From Protoeuglena noctilucae (lineage: Eukaryota): a stretch of 64,000 nt of DNA. The stretch covers positions 682,001-746,000 of the forward strand of contig OY253683.1 in assembly GCA_958009085.1 (NCBI GenBank). Direction: 5' to 3'. Shown here piece by piece: positions 24,824 through 38,249 of the stretch (position 1 is the first letter of the stretch; each line of letters starts with the position of its first letter). The notes below the pieces were generated by a model. That model did no database searches. It was not told the origin of the DNA and saw only the letters and a list, made by a program, of their open reading frames with translations. The position numbers and the translations under genes are program-made.

Positions 24824-26450
24824 CGACAGCCTGGCGTGACCTGCGCGGACAACGGAGGACATTGGCCTTGCGAACGCGGTCCTAGGCATAACAAGCATCG
24901 CGTGAATCCAGGCGATCGACGACAAGGGCGGGGCGGGGCCCAGGATACGGTTGTGGGGCACGCGGGTCGGTCGGCAGGGTGGCACGGGCCGTCCAAAGCG
25001 TGCGGCATCGTGCGCTTTCCACGCTCGTGCAAAAGATAGACCAAAGAATGCAGAGAGGCTCGTTGGGCGGCCTCGGTGGCAAGCGGTGGGGCCACAGCTG
25101 TCGCCCCTGGACCCTCCCGCTCGAAAGCAGCCTGGGCCAAGCCGAGCCGCCCGCCATCGACATTGTCATTGCCAATGTACAAGCGCACGCCAGCTGGGCG
25201 ACGTCGGACACGCAGGAGCGCGAGGACGCCCAAACCGACCGCCGTTTGCCGCTCTCACCACCGCGGGGGCTCGTCTGGCTCCGGTGCAATGCACACTATA
25301 AGGTTCAGAGTCTCGGCGACGCGCAATGGCGTTCGGCGGAGGCGGAGTGCGCGTCCCGGGACGACGGAGAGCCCCGCTTGCACAACGAAGCGTCGGGGCG
25401 GGTGCGGAGGGGAAAGCGAGACGAAGTAGTTCGGTGGGAGGCCGCAGCGGTCCGTTGAATCGCGCGCGATCGAAACGATTTTATCAGAATTACAGTTTTG
25501 AGGGTGTTCAAGTTTCGCACAAAGCAATGCACGTCGTGGGCCTCGTCGGCGCTAACGCGAAAGCGTATGTTTCACTTAGCCCCCCGCTCTCCTTTCCTCG
25601 CCGCAACCTGAAGTCAGCCATACGCACGCCTCTCCTGTCCCCGCGCACGCCTCCCTTGGTCCCACGCAGTGTCCAAGGTCCGCAGTTGGCTCCGTAGATG
25701 ATCGCGCCGGGTTCTGTGTGCCAGCTGCGAGCCCCCCACGCCAGCAGCCCCAGCCGGCGGCTGCACGCGCATGGAAGCCGCGGCGTCGACGCCCAGGCCG
25801 CCCGTGTGCCCCACGCAAACCTCACTCTGGCTGAAAGACGGGTCGCGACGCTGTCCGAAGCCCTTGGCGAGGCGGCCGCGCTGCACAAAGCCGCCCGGCG
25901 GCAGCAACGGCAGCGACGAGCGATGCAAGCGCACAGGGCGCGCAGCGCAGGCACAGGGGCTAACGAGCGGCAGCTCTCCACGGCCCTTGCATCGGGTCGG
26001 ATGCCCTTGGGCGGGAGGGGTGGGGGGGGATCAGACGGGTAAGGTGGCCTAACGTAACAAGGTTGAGGGCCACCTCTTCACCGATGGACGGTGTTGGACC
26101 CAGTCATCATGCTTCTTAAAACCAAGAAGGATCGACCTGGGCCACCCTGGCTGGGGGGATTTGAGGCCCGGCCTGGGCCCTCTGGCGCGGCCGCCAGTGC
26201 CCCCCCGGGCCACGCAAGAACAGCCTAGCTAGGGCGCAGGAGGCAACCCAGCTGTCCCCAGACCGAGATTCGGCGCCACAGGCTGCAACGCGCTGGCACT
26301 TGGCATTGACGTCGAGCTGCAATTCGTGGCTGGAGTGCAAGTCATCGCAGCCCCTGCGCTGGAGCTCCCGAACTCGGCGCCCCGCGCGTGCTGCTGTAGA
26401 CTAAGGAACAAGCGGTCACCACACTGCGCGCCGTCCCCCGGGGGAGGCCG

Positions 26451-27892
26451 ATGGTGTTCTTCTTCGTGCCACGCGGCTCGACAAACGTGCGCCGCTGCGC
26501 CGCGCCGCTGCCTCTGCTGACGCCGGCGGACCGCGTCACCGTCGCTGTCGCCGCGCATCGCCTGCGATGACATCTGATGGCCGGCACCCGCGCGAATCGC
26601 GGACATCATCATGGGACGGCGTGCGTCATCCGATGCTTCTCCCCCCTCCTCGCAGGAGCGGCGCATCCATATGTTCATGGGTCGTGACAAGTTCGAGAAC
26701 GAGGACCTGATCAAATACGGCTTCCCGGAGGACGTCTGGTTCCACGTCGACAACCTCTCGTCCGCGCACGTCTACCTCCGCCTCCCCGCGGTGCGATGCG
26801 AAAGGCGCGCCGCCCGCGGCTACGCTGCACCTTGTTCCTGCGCACGTGCTGTCTGATGATGCTTTTTTCGCGTGCTGATTCCCAGGGGATGGACTGGACA
26901 GAGATCCCAGAAGAGACACTGGAGGACTGCGCCCAGGTGGGTGGGCGAGGGCGTGGGGAAGCTGCTAAAGCCAGTGGAGCATTCTCACATTGCAAGGCTG
27001 ACCTCTGATAACGAGGGCTGCGATTGTCAGGCGTTGCGCTGCAGAGCCGCGCCCCAGGGAGCGAGCATTTGCAAGCGAGGGCCACAGCAGTTGGCACGGC
27101 TCATTCTCCACCTTCCCTCTCCTCCCTGTCTTTTGCCCGCAGCTGGTGAAGCAGAACTCAATCCAGGGATGCAAGCAGAACAACGTTGACATCGTCTACA
27201 CGCCTTGGTCCAACCTCAAGAAGACGAACGCCATGGAGATCGGACAGGCGAGGGAGATTACTTTGAACTTGCGTCCCTTCCCTTCTCAGCTGCTGCATGC
27301 TCATGTCACTTGCTGCTACTGCCGCTGTCGCTACCTCCCATGCAAGCCCCGTCACGCCGGCGCTCGCAGATCGGCTTCCACAACGCCAAGCTGGTGAAGA
27401 AGCTGTTTGTGGAGCGCAAGAACAACGACATCATCAACAGGCTCAACAAGACGCGGACGGAGCCGCAGGTGGACCTGAGGGCCGAGCGGGAGGCATACGA
27501 CAAGCAGATGCAGGTGGGCGCGGAAGAGGCGAGGGGCGCCGAGAGCGGGCGCAAGGATGATATGTTTGTAATATATACTCTGCGATCCTCGCGCAGATGG
27601 AGCGCAAGGCGCAGAAGCGTCAGATGGAGCAGCAGAGGACCGAGGAGGCACGGCAGCACAAGGCGGAGCAGGAGATCAAAGAATACCGGGTACTGGTGAG
27701 CGCAGATGAGCGATAATTTCAAGCTCGCCGCTGCTTCGGTGGTAACGGTCGTCCCGACTCGCTGCAGCAGCATCCCATTTCACGTACAATTTGCGTGATG
27801 CTCAGATGGACAAGGACCACATGGAGGCGACCAACAAGAAGATGGAGCAGTATGAGAACAATTACGTGGGGTACGAGGACGATTTTATGTGA
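26451..27892 (+). CDS. CCDC25: Coiled-coil domain-containing protein 25 (NFACT-R/DUF814 family)
   Basis: MVFFF...[64 protein letters not shown] and C-terminal EDDFM*. Confidence 0.96.
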
Positions 27893-28075
27893 CTGGCACC
27901 GTCTCTGGGTCCATTTCCTGTTTCTCTCCGTACGCACATATCTCTTTTCACTGCTGCCGCGCACGATGCGGCCACTGCGCAAGCGCCATAGCAAAGCGAG
28001 GTGGGATCGAAACCACAGGACAATGGAGGATGTGATCACAACGATGGGCGCCCGTCCTACCGCGGGTGCCAATCA

Positions 28076-31000
28076 TCACGGCTCTGCTGCGGGTTTCTTG
28101 CCCTTGCGTTTGTTGCGCTGGGCGTGCCCGGGCGCAGCATGCAGCTGCCTCCGGCGCACAGGGGTGTCGCCGGCCACGGGAGACGTGCGCTCGCCGGACC
28201 GCGACTCCAGCGACCTCGCAATGAGGGGCCTGCGTGCAGAGGATTGGCACTCCATCCACCACAGGGTCGCTCCACTTTCTGCAATAACATTTCGTGAAAG
28301 TCACTGCCTCACCTCGTCTCCGGGACCACCCCTGCCTCGTCCTCGGCGTCCTCGTCGACGTGCACGCGCATGCCCTTGCGAGGTCGCACCACGCCCCTCG
28401 CGGGCGACATCCCCGGAGCCCCACTCGGCCCGGCCTCACCCCCCGCCTCCGCCACCCGCACCGCACTCTCGCTGCGGCGCCCCCGCGCTGGCACAAAGCC
28501 ACCCCCGCCGCCACCGCCGCTGCCGCTGCCACCCCACTCCACCTCGCCCGCCCCCGTCCCCGTCGCACCCCCCGCTCCAGGCACTGGGCCCCCGTGATGC
28601 CCTGGGCTGTGCGGCCCGTGGCCCGCCCCACGCACCCCGCTGGGCCCCGGGCTGCCTCCGCCCCCGGACATGCCCCTCTCGAGTATCGTGTGGTCCAAAC
28701 TCTGCCTCATCAGCAGCAGTGGGTCTGGCTCCGGCGCGTTGCGGCGCCGCTGGGAGGCGTCGCGCCACTGCCGCCTGCGGTGAAACGTCGGCGGAGAGAA
28801 GAGTGTTGCTTTTGGCATTCGAGGAGAGTGCTGCTCGCAGCATGAAAGGGAAGGGGTGTTCTCAGCACCCTACCAACACCCACATCCCCACCCCCCACGC
28901 CCCCCAACATCACCACCTCAGTCAGCATAGCCAGCCATCGTCACCTGAGGTCCCCAATCTCCTTGACCAACAGCTTGGTCAAGAGCAGCCCCGCCATGGC
29001 CGCTGAGCCGTACAGCATAAGGAACACGTTGGTGAAACCCCCGGGGAGCTCTGAGATGTAGCCGGTGGCCAGGGGACCGATGGCGGCCCCCACCGACCCC
29101 ATCCCGTCGATGATGGCCGTGACGGTCGCCAGGGCCTTCTCTGTTAAGACACAGAGACGAGGGGTGGTGCTATGAGGCAGTAAGACATGCAGTGGGTAGT
29201 CTACCAAAGAGAGACGTGAGCGCTCCACCCTTGACGGCGGCTGTTATTAGGGTGGTGCATCTTTGGTACTACTCATGCCAGCCCGCCCCCTACCCTCACC
29301 CGACCCCTTGAGGCTGTCGTGGGTGCCCAGGTCTGCCGACACGGCCGTGGTGATCAAGGCATAAGGGCCGTTGACGAAGAACCCAGCGGCCATCATGAGG
29401 GCGATGTTGACGAAGAAGGACCGGTGGCCGTACGTCCTGTAGAGGTACAGAGCAGGCACGGACGCATACACGAACAGCGTCGACACGACCGACGACGCCC
29501 CCAATCGGTCCGACAGGTGCCCCGCCGCCACCCCCCCCAGGATGCCCCCGATGTCGAAGAGCACGCTCAGGTCACCCGCCTCCTTGGCGGTCAGCTTGCG
29601 CCCCCCGATCTCCGTCTCGCGGATGTAGTAGGGGAGCCAGTAGAGGAACGTGTAGGCGATGAGCTTGCAGAAGAAGAGGCAGAGGGAGAAGGCCGCGACG
29701 CCGGGAATGGCCCACGCCTGCGCCAGGCCCACGCCGTGGCTGCCCTCCACCTCGCGCTGCCGGACCTCCTGGTCGGCACCGATGCGGCGCTTCAGGTCGG
29801 CATCTGCGGTGGCGGGAGGGGAGCCGTGTGTGCGGGGGTGTCTGCCGAGAGTGGGTGGGAGTGGGGGGGTGGCACATGGGGGTAAGTAAGTGGCAGGAGG
29901 AAGGGTGCGTGACAGGCGAGGTGCTTGGCACATGGGGCTCAGTGAGTAGCAGGTGAGGTGCGTGGCAGGCCCTGCGGCCATCGCCCTGCGGTACTCGCCT
30001 GTGTGGATGTCACACAGCTGCGAGGCGACGGACATGCCGTGGTAGAGGCTCCTGTGCTGCACGTCGCTGGGGTCGGGAGTGAGGAAGAGGAACACGAGGA
30101 TCCCCACGCCAGCCACGAGGGCCCCCGGGAGCACGAAAGACCAACCCCAGCCGTACTGGAGGGCAGCCGCGGCCAGGACGGTTCCGGCGATGTTGCCGAT
30201 GCTCGTGTGGGCGTTCCACACGCCCATGATGAGCCCGCGCTTGCCCTGCGGAGGTACCAAAGTGCGCAGCTGTGTCTTGGAGGGTCAGGACCTACGCGGT
30301 AGAAACAGATGCACATTGCATTTACTCCATCATTGCAGTCATGGCACTCACCCCGTGATGAACCACGACCCCACGAAATGACAGCCACCCCAGCCACCCC
30401 ATAACCGCTCTCACCTTGCCGAACTACGACCCCATGACCGCCACCATCGCCCCCTCAACCGCTCTTACCTTGCCGAACCACGACCCCATGACCGCCACCA
30501 TCGCCCCCTCAACCGCTCTCACCTTGCCGAACCACGACCCCATGACCGCCACCACCGAGGGCCATCCTGTGGACTGGAACAGCCCCCCTGCGATCTGGAC
30601 CGCCACGAAGTACCAGAAACTGTGGATCTTCCAGAACATGCCCATGCCGAAGAGCGCCGTGAAGAGGCCGGACCCGAGCATGCCGACGGTGAGGAAGAGG
30701 CGAAGGTCCGTGTTGTCCCCCAGGTGCCCCGAGAAGAACATGCCCAGGGCGTAGGCCCCGAGGAACGCGAGGTCGCACTGGCCGAGGCGGCTGCGGCCGT
30801 AGGTGACGCTGTTGAAGGGCCACCAGCCCTGGGGGCGGGGGTCGTCCCCGTTGGCTGCTGGGGACGCGGGCGGGGGCCCCGCGGACCTCGGAGGGCCCCT
30901 GGGGGAGCCGAGAGGGACGCATTGAGATGAGAATAGCGATGGGAGACGATGGCGCCGGGCGTGGGCGCGGGCGCGGCTCACCAGGAGAGGTAATTGAGTG

Positions 31001-31680
31001 CGCGGACGTCCGGACCGGGCATGGCTGCCCCGACGGAGCGGTCCGGGAGCCCGGCGACGAGCTCGGGCGCACCGGCGATACCGCCGAGATACATGTCGCC
31101 GACGACAGACCCTGGGAAGGGCGAGGAGTCGAACGCGGACATCAAAGCGCGCCCCTCCGCCATCCGCGCTGCGTCCCTCCAGCCGGTAGAAGCCGCGGGC
31201 GTGGACCCGGCGTCCGTGTCGCCATGCAGCGTCGACTTGACGATCGACGGGGGCTTGCGGGACGCATGGTAGGCCGCATACGTCAGGAACGTCACAATAA
31301 GCACAGACGCTTTGTAAAGGCCCTGCGGGGGGGAGGCAGGGCGGGGAAATCCCGGCTGCGGCCCTATCTACGCGTAGAGAATGCGGATCCTGCGCGGCGG
31401 ATGGGACGGCTGGCGGAAGGGCCTGGAGACCGCGCGGCGGGAGCCTGCGGTACTGGAGGCGCCGGGGGCCGCGGCCCCGCCGGCCGCCGGCCGCGCGCCA
31501 TGCCGCCAGAAGCAGGTGTTGTGACCAGCAATGTCTACGAGACTCGTGGGCGTGCGCGCGGTCCGGAATGGGATGCGCGCTCGCCGCTTTGCCCCCTATC
31601 CAAATCAACCCGCCCACCTTGCGAAAGTTGCGGCCGCCCCGACACTTGATGATGAGGGCGATCCCCGGAGGAATCGCCAT
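28076..31680 (-). CDS. MFS sugar-phosphate/glycerol-3-phosphate transporter (SLC37/G3Pp family)
   Basis: TFLTYAAYHASRKPPSIVKS, QSTGWPSVVAVMGSWFGK|GKRGLIMGVWNAHTSIGNI, FFCKLIAYTFLYWLP, NGPYALITTAVSADLG and ALATVTAIIDGMGSVGAA. The last exon (to 28076) is less certain. Confidence 0.93.
30404..30555 (-). repeat. About 3 x 54-bp tandem repeat spanning an exon/intron junction of the MFS gene
   Basis: Unit starts at 30404, 30458 and 30512; a diverged fourth copy lies near 30345-30395. Confidence 0.92.
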
Positions 31681-32214
31681 CCTAGCAACGCAACAATGCC
31701 GAGAGCCCAGACGAGCTCATGCTGGCCAAAGCATCCAGCGCACTCCGCCACTCCGCCGGCCCGCTACCTGCGGGGGAGGCCGCAGCGGCAGGAAAGGTGT
31801 GACGATCCATTGCGGCATCAGCTGCTGGCGCGAGCGTGGGGGGAGCGCAGGGCGGCGCTGGTTGTCCAAACGATGGCAACGCACCGGCGCAGGGACGAGG
31901 AGGGACAGCGCTGGGCCGGAGCCGTCTTGCAGGCAGCTTGCGATTGCCGCACTGACCGCAAATTATGCGTGCAAAGCGCCCCTTACACTCTCAGCCTCGG
32001 ACAGGGGCAGCAACTCGTCGCTGCTAGTGCGCGGGCTCGGTGGCACGGACCACGCGCGTGTCGGGCAGGATAATTGTTTAACAAAGATGGCAGAGTGGAG
32101 AGACGTTCGAGCCGGCCATCTGCAAGAAACGTTGGCGTCAAGCGGCTCCCGCTTCGAGCCAGAGCCCAGCCGCTTCTAACGCAGGTGATGCGGGTGCTGT
32201 CTAGCGGATGGCTG

Positions 32215-32878
32215 TCACAGGATGGACCGGGTGCGCTCGGTGGTGTACTCATGCTGCGCAACCCGCTGCTTCATCCACTGCTCCCGAGAGGGGACCAGTC
32301 CCTTGGCCGCCTTCTTGTCCTGCACGCAATCCAGTCACCATGGGACACGCTGGCGCTGCGAGCGCGCCCAAGCTGCCGCACTCAGAGGCGCGCAAGGTCT
32401 CACCCACTCCTTCTCGATCATCCGCCACCTCTCGGCCTCCTTCTTGTGGTGCATGCACTCGTAGTAGTCATCCATGTAGTCGTTGCACTTCTTCCGGTCC
32501 ACGGAGTCCGCCATGCACCCCTGGAAGTTGAGGAAGAACTCGAAACACCTGCGGAGGATGCGACAGGCGCTCCCGGCTCCGTCTTTAACCATTTCGGGGC
32601 GCAGCACGCAGGCATGTAGCTCGTTCAGCAGCAAAAGGCCTCCCAGCGGCTGCCGGACGCCAGGCCAAAGCAGCGCCTTGCGCGAGTCCTCCTCCCCGGC
32701 CGCTCGGGCGGCTCAGCAAGCCATCGCCACCGGGAATTCAGCAGCTAGGTTCGCAAAGACAGTGGTCACGCCACAGCGGAGCGCTTCATGGCACGCAGCG
32801 CGCCCAGAGACACCGGCGCGCAGGGACGCACTTGTTCAGCCCGCCATAGAGGTTCTTCCCCGTGGCGACGGTCGCCAT
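32215..32878 (-). CDS. NDUFS5: Mitochondrial complex I 15 kDa accessory subunit (twin CX9C)
   Basis: Three exons: MATVATGKNLYGGLNK|CFEFFLNFQGCMADSVDRKKCNDYMDDYYECMHHKKE...EKEW|DKKAAK...SIL*. It has two CX9C motifs and the DYxEC(L/M)HH signature. Confidence 0.88.
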
Positions 32879-33335
32879 GGCGATACCGGGCCCGACGGCA
32901 GTCCCACTGCCGAAGGACGGCTCGAGCCGCCCGCGCGCGGGCGAGGTCCAGCGGTTCGGGGTCCCAAGCTCCAGAGCAGGAGGCGATCCGGACCGCTCTG
33001 ACGTCGCGACGCTCGCTGTGCAAAGGGATTCAAAGTATGCGAGGCGCTGGCGCCATCCTGCCCTCCTCACGGTCGTCAGACGGTGCGGTTTCGGGCGTCA
33101 GCGAGGGCGGGAAGGGAAACGGAGCGCCAGGCGCGAGGAACAGACACGCCGCGTCACGACCGGTGCAGCGGCAGTGTTGGCATCGCTTGGATTGGAAACC
33201 CTGGCGTCGTTGCACCCGAGGGGCCCCAAACCTGAACCTAAATCTGCTCTAAACGCGTTGCCTTGACGGGAACGTGCAGGGTGGGGCATGGGTTTCTCGC
33301 CGGCGGGCGCAGCGTTGTGAAGGGACGGGGGACCC

Positions 33336-36300
33336 ATGGCGGTGCGTTTACTCAGCATGCCGCATGCCGCCCTCGCGTGCCGCCTTCCCCTAAAATAGCA
33401 CACTCGCTGGCAACTGGATGGCGCTGCCATTCCGTGTCGGCGATGGCCGGGCGTGATGCTGCGCCCTTATGTGAGCATGGTGTTTTTCGGCTGCCCCCTG
33501 CAGTCTGCAGCGGGAGGAGGAGCCGGCGCGCCGGACTTACTCGGGGCGCTGCTATCGCTCTTGAGATGGACATGCGCGCTGTTGAGGTGAGCACACGAGG
33601 CGCGCTCGCGCGCGGGCTCTCTGCCCCGCGCTCCCGACTGTTCGCACACTGCGTAGCGCGAGGCCGGGCCTCGCGGCCGCGGCAGGCGTGGCACGGCCTC
33701 CCTGTTCTTTTTGCAGCTGGATGCTCGTGCCGCTGCGCGTCTTGCTGCGGTGGGTCGCGGCCCTGTTCCCCTCGCCCGTCCACATCATCGCCTGGACGCT
33801 TTTGGCGGGCACGGGAATGTACGTGTCTGCCTACGTGGTGCAGCGGAGGCGGGAGAGGGAGATTGCCATGTCCGAGGTGCGGGCCCGCTCCGGGAGTGCC
33901 CGGCGCGCTGCCTGCCCTGGGAGCGCGACCGCCGGGGTCCCTACTGCGCTCCGCGACGCCTCCCCTGGCCCCTCACTCGCCGCAGGAGCGGTGGAAGCCA
34001 CTCGAGGAGGACTCCCAGAAGTTCGTGCAGGCCGAGGTCGTCTCCGCGCAGGCGACTGTTGGCATGGCCTTTCGCCCGCACGCAAGCGCCTTTCCTCGCG
34101 CGCCCGGGAGAGCGAACGCCCCGCTACCTGCCCCGCTACCTGCAGTGGTTCAATCTCCTCCTCAAGAACATCTGGCCGACGTATTTGGAGCAGGAGGCAT
34201 CGCACGCGATGGCGGAATCCATCCAGGGTGCCTTAGACCGCGCCGTGGCCAAGCTCCCCGCCATCATCCGCTCGGCCGTGCAGCGCATGGGTGAGATATT
34301 CGCGCAGTCGACAGACGCGACCGTAACCTCAGCTTGCGCAACTGCAGCAGGTCGAGGGCTGCCCTGCAGCATCCGGGCCTGCATGTCCATCGCCCCCCCT
34401 CCCCCCGCAGAGTTGGAGGAGTTCACCCTGGGCGTCAACCCGCCGCTGTTCGGCAACACCACGGCCCTCTTCGACGCCCAGACCAACTACCTGCGCTTCG
34501 AGACGCAGCTGTCGTTCGTGTCGAGCGGCATGCAGGCCATCCTGCGCCCGGTGCTGGCGGGGCTGCCCGACGTGGTGCAGGCGAGCGAGCGGCCAAAGCA
34601 CCGGGACCCTCTCTGACTGCTCCGGCCCTCCCATCTCACCACCTCACCCCCGGCCCCACCCACCTTATCTCTTCCCAAGCCACCTTACACCCCGCCCCTC
34701 CCCACCTCATCCCACCCCACCCCGTCCTCTCCCACTTCAGGGCCTGATGGGCCGCATCGAGATTTCCCAGCTCTCGGTGCGCGGGACCCTCCGCGTGGGC
34801 CTGGCATTGGCCCCCGTCCACCCCGGCGTCAAGTCCATCGACGTCTCGTTCAAATCCATGCCCACCGTCAACATGAGGCTCACGCCCCACGGCGCGCCCA
34901 TCTCGGACCTGCCCGCCCTGTTCGCGCCCATCAAGGAGATGATGCAGGAGAAACTGGCCCAGGACCTGGTGGACCCCAAGAGGCTCAAGATCGACATGGT
35001 GCGGATATTCGAGGAGAGGAGGTGAGACTGGGGTGGGAGTAGGCGTGGGGAGTTGGGGTTAGTGTGTGTGCGGGGGTGGGTATGAGGGCGTGAGGAGTGG
35101 GGGCCAGGTCATGTCGCGAGTTGCCTGTATACACTGCCAACGTCTCCTTATCCTCTCCTCATCTTCTCCCTCACTCGACTCCCTCACCCCACGCCCGCCC
35201 TCACCTGTCCCCAGGCACCGCCAGCGTGGCGGCCCCGGGGGTCTCTTGCTCGTGACGGTGCTGTCGGGGTCGGGAATCCCGGTATCGCGACGACAGCGGC
35301 AAGGAGGGTCGGACCTGCTCACGTGAGTTTGCAAGGGGAAGGGGATTGCAAGTTAATAGGGGTGTTGGTGGGGTTCGATGCGGGGACGCGTGGTCACAGC
35401 AATCAATGAGCCAACCCGCGCATATCTGCAGTTCCATCTTCAGCGCCGGCCAGGGCAGCACCCGCGCCGTGCGTACGTTCGTGGAGGCCGCGTATGTCAC
35501 GGCCCAGGACGGGGGGGACCCCTTCACCACGCAGATCTTCCGCACGCCCGTCGCCGCCGCGTCCTCGCACCCCGTGTGGGGAAGGTAAGTGGCTGTCAAA
35601 GGCACGGGTCCCTCTCCCCATAGCCCACCACTCGCACTACCATCCACCGTCCCCGCGCACGTCCATCCACCCCATGACATCCCCACGACATCCATCCGTC
35701 CCATCACAACCCACACCATCGTTCCCCTTTCTGTACAACAGGGAATTCGACCTGGCGCTGGACGACCCCCTGAACAAGGGCATGCACGTGCTGCGGGTGC
35801 GCATACGGGACATCATGACCGGCCCGGACCCGGCCGTCATCGCGGAAGAAGAGGTGGACCTCACCAAGCAGGGAATCGAGGCCAACGGCGCCAAACAGCA
35901 CGTCTGGGTGCCGCTGACCAAGCTGAGCCACTTGGATGTGCGGGCGGGGCTGCTGCTCGAGGTGCGGTGGGTGCTGCCCAAGCCCCGCCGCGCCAGGCAC
36001 CTGGGGGGTAGCGTGCACGTCACCAGCATGCTCAACCGCGTCCCCGACGTGCCGCCGCCGTCCGCGCGGCCGGGGCACAGCCGGGGCCACACCCGCACTG
36101 GGTCGCGGGCCATGAGCGGGGCGGAGGCGTTGGCGGGGAATGGGGCAAACGGGGCGACGTCATCGGGGCAAGTCACGGCGCGGGGCAGCGAGGGGCTGCA
36201 CGCGAACGGCCCGCTGGGTCCGCTGGGCGTGGGGGCGGGGAAGGGGGAGGGGGTGCCGCCTGTGAGGGGTGGCAGCGTGCCTGAGGGTGCGGGTGCGGGT

Positions 36301-37240
36301 GGGGTTGGGGGTGTCAATGGGGGTTCGTGGGGCGGTGCGACGCACAGGAGGGAGAGCTCGGTGGTGCTGTCGGGGCGGCCTGTGGTGGGCATTGCGGGGC
36401 GGCGTGGGGTGGACCTGAGGGAGCTGACGGCGGAGGCGCAGCACCGGGCGGTGGAGATCACGCCGCTGCCCCTCAGCCGCGTCATCCAGCAGGTGAGGAT
36501 ACGGGGTGCTGTTGCTGAGATGCGTCATTCAGCTGGTGAGGGTATGGGGTTATGGGGTGCTGCTGACAATGAGCACTGACAGCCTCCGCTGGATGGCCGT
36601 CCTGCTGCATGACTGTCCCACTACTGCATCACTCCCTCACTCCATGACCGTCTCACTACTGCACCACTCCCTCACTGCACCACTGTGTCTCACTGCTCCC
36701 CTTCCCCGTTATTGCAGACACCCCTGGCGGGCGCGGGCGGCACCGCGGATGTGTCCCCCTCTGGCAGCTCTCACACGGCGGTGCTGGACGTGCGCATGGG
36801 GGACCAGCAGCAAGTGTCGGCTTTAGTGGCGCAGGTGAGGGGGAGATGGGAGGGTGATGGTGGGTGTAGCAATTGCAAGTGTCGGCGCAAGTGGCGCAAG
36901 TTGGGGCAGTCGCTCTTGAGTGAGTTACTGCTCGAGTTAACTGTGATGACCTTACGCGTTACCTCATCTGACTCATCTCCGTTCCCCTCGCAGGTCCAGG
37001 CACTGGAGGAGGCTTTGGAGGCCACGCAGCGTCGCCTGCAGTTCGAGCAGGGCCTGGCCACGCAGGAGATCGACCGGCTGAAGAGGAAGGTGGAGGCGCA
37101 GCAGCAGGTGAGGGGATGGAGATGGGGGTGGCTGTCACATGGGGCAGCAGCAGGTGAGGGGGTGGGGGCGATGGCATCAGTTCTTGTGACGCGCAACAGC
37201 TGGTAGAACCTAGAGCATTACAACACTCTCGATCCATTCC

Positions 37241-37339
<99 letters not shown>

Positions 37340-38249
37340 CACCACACTGCACACCCCACCCCCCCCTCACCACCACACTGCACACCCCACCCCCCCCTCA
37401 CCACCACCCCCACCCTCACCCTCACCCTCACCACCACCCTCACATCCAACCCCCCCCAGCGTCGCTTGCTCGAGGAGGCCCGTGCCCTGACCGAGGGCGC
37501 CCCCTTCGTGTTCCACTCCTGGGCTCGGTCGGGCCAGGTGGGGCGCACCACGCTGCACCTGTGGCTGGTGCCCCGGTCCGAGATCCTCATGTACGGAAGG
37601 GAGGGCGTGCGGAGGAGGAACAAGAAGTCCAGGTGAGAGATGGATACAGTGTGATAATGGTGATCAACAGCCAGGAATCTCGTAAATGCTCACCCTCTCG
37701 CTCGCCACCGCAACCCCCCTTCTCACTCACTGCATCAACAAGACCCCAGACACACACACAAACCCTTCAACCGCCCCCTATTTCGCCCTCTCCGCAGGAC
37801 CAAGGCGACGGTGAGCGGCAAGGCTGAGGCCATCACCGCCCGCGAGATAAAGGGGGTGGTGCTGGGTCCCGAGCTGTTCCCCACCAAGCAGGGGGGCATC
37901 TTCTCGATGCTGGGGCTCACGGGGAACACCAAGGAGCGGCAGGACGACCAGTGCTTCAGCATATGCCTCAAGTGAGTGACTTGCACCACCCCTGCCACCC
38001 TCACCCTCACCACCCTCACCACCCCTCTCTTTCCCCCCAGCAACAACACCTCGCTGATCCTCACCGCCCCCACCCCTCTTCCTCCTCCCTCCCAGCAACG
38101 ACACGACGCTGAACCTGGAGATCCCTCCCGAGGGCAACGGCCGTTCCCGCGAGGAGTGGGTCTCCGCCATCCGCAGCCTCACCTCGGGCAAGATCGCAGA
38201 CCTGTTCGGCCTCGACCACGCCGGCCACGCACGCACCGGGTCGGGATGA
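33336..38249 (+). CDS. Synaptotagmin-like membrane-contact protein: N-terminal TM, SMP, C2, coiled coil, PH-like domain
   Basis: Hydrophobic N-terminus; WFNLLLKNIWP and LEEFTLGVNPP (SMP); LLVTVLSGSGI...HPVWGREFDL...LRVRIRD (C2); coiled coil; C-terminal CFSICL...LNLE...SREEWVSAIRSL (PH-like). The start is uncertain. Confidence 0.82.
37241..37336. repeat. (CACCCT)16 hexanucleotide microsatellite in an intron
   Basis: Perfect tandem array read directly, followed by degenerate CACC/CCCTCAC copies to about 37445. Confidence 0.95.

Noticed and set aside
24900..26440. ORFs such as 25698-26042 between divergent genes
   Set aside because: Low-complexity Arg/Ala translations with no support; no transposase or RT motifs.
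30404..30555. CRISPR-like repeat array
   Set aside because: The units are contiguous tandem copies of an exon junction without unique spacers, the context is eukaryotic, and there are no cas genes.
37241..37336. True telomere or a (VR)n protein
   Set aside because: It is internal to an intron and is not a TTAGGG/TTTAGGG array; the VR-repeat ORF is just the translated microsatellite.
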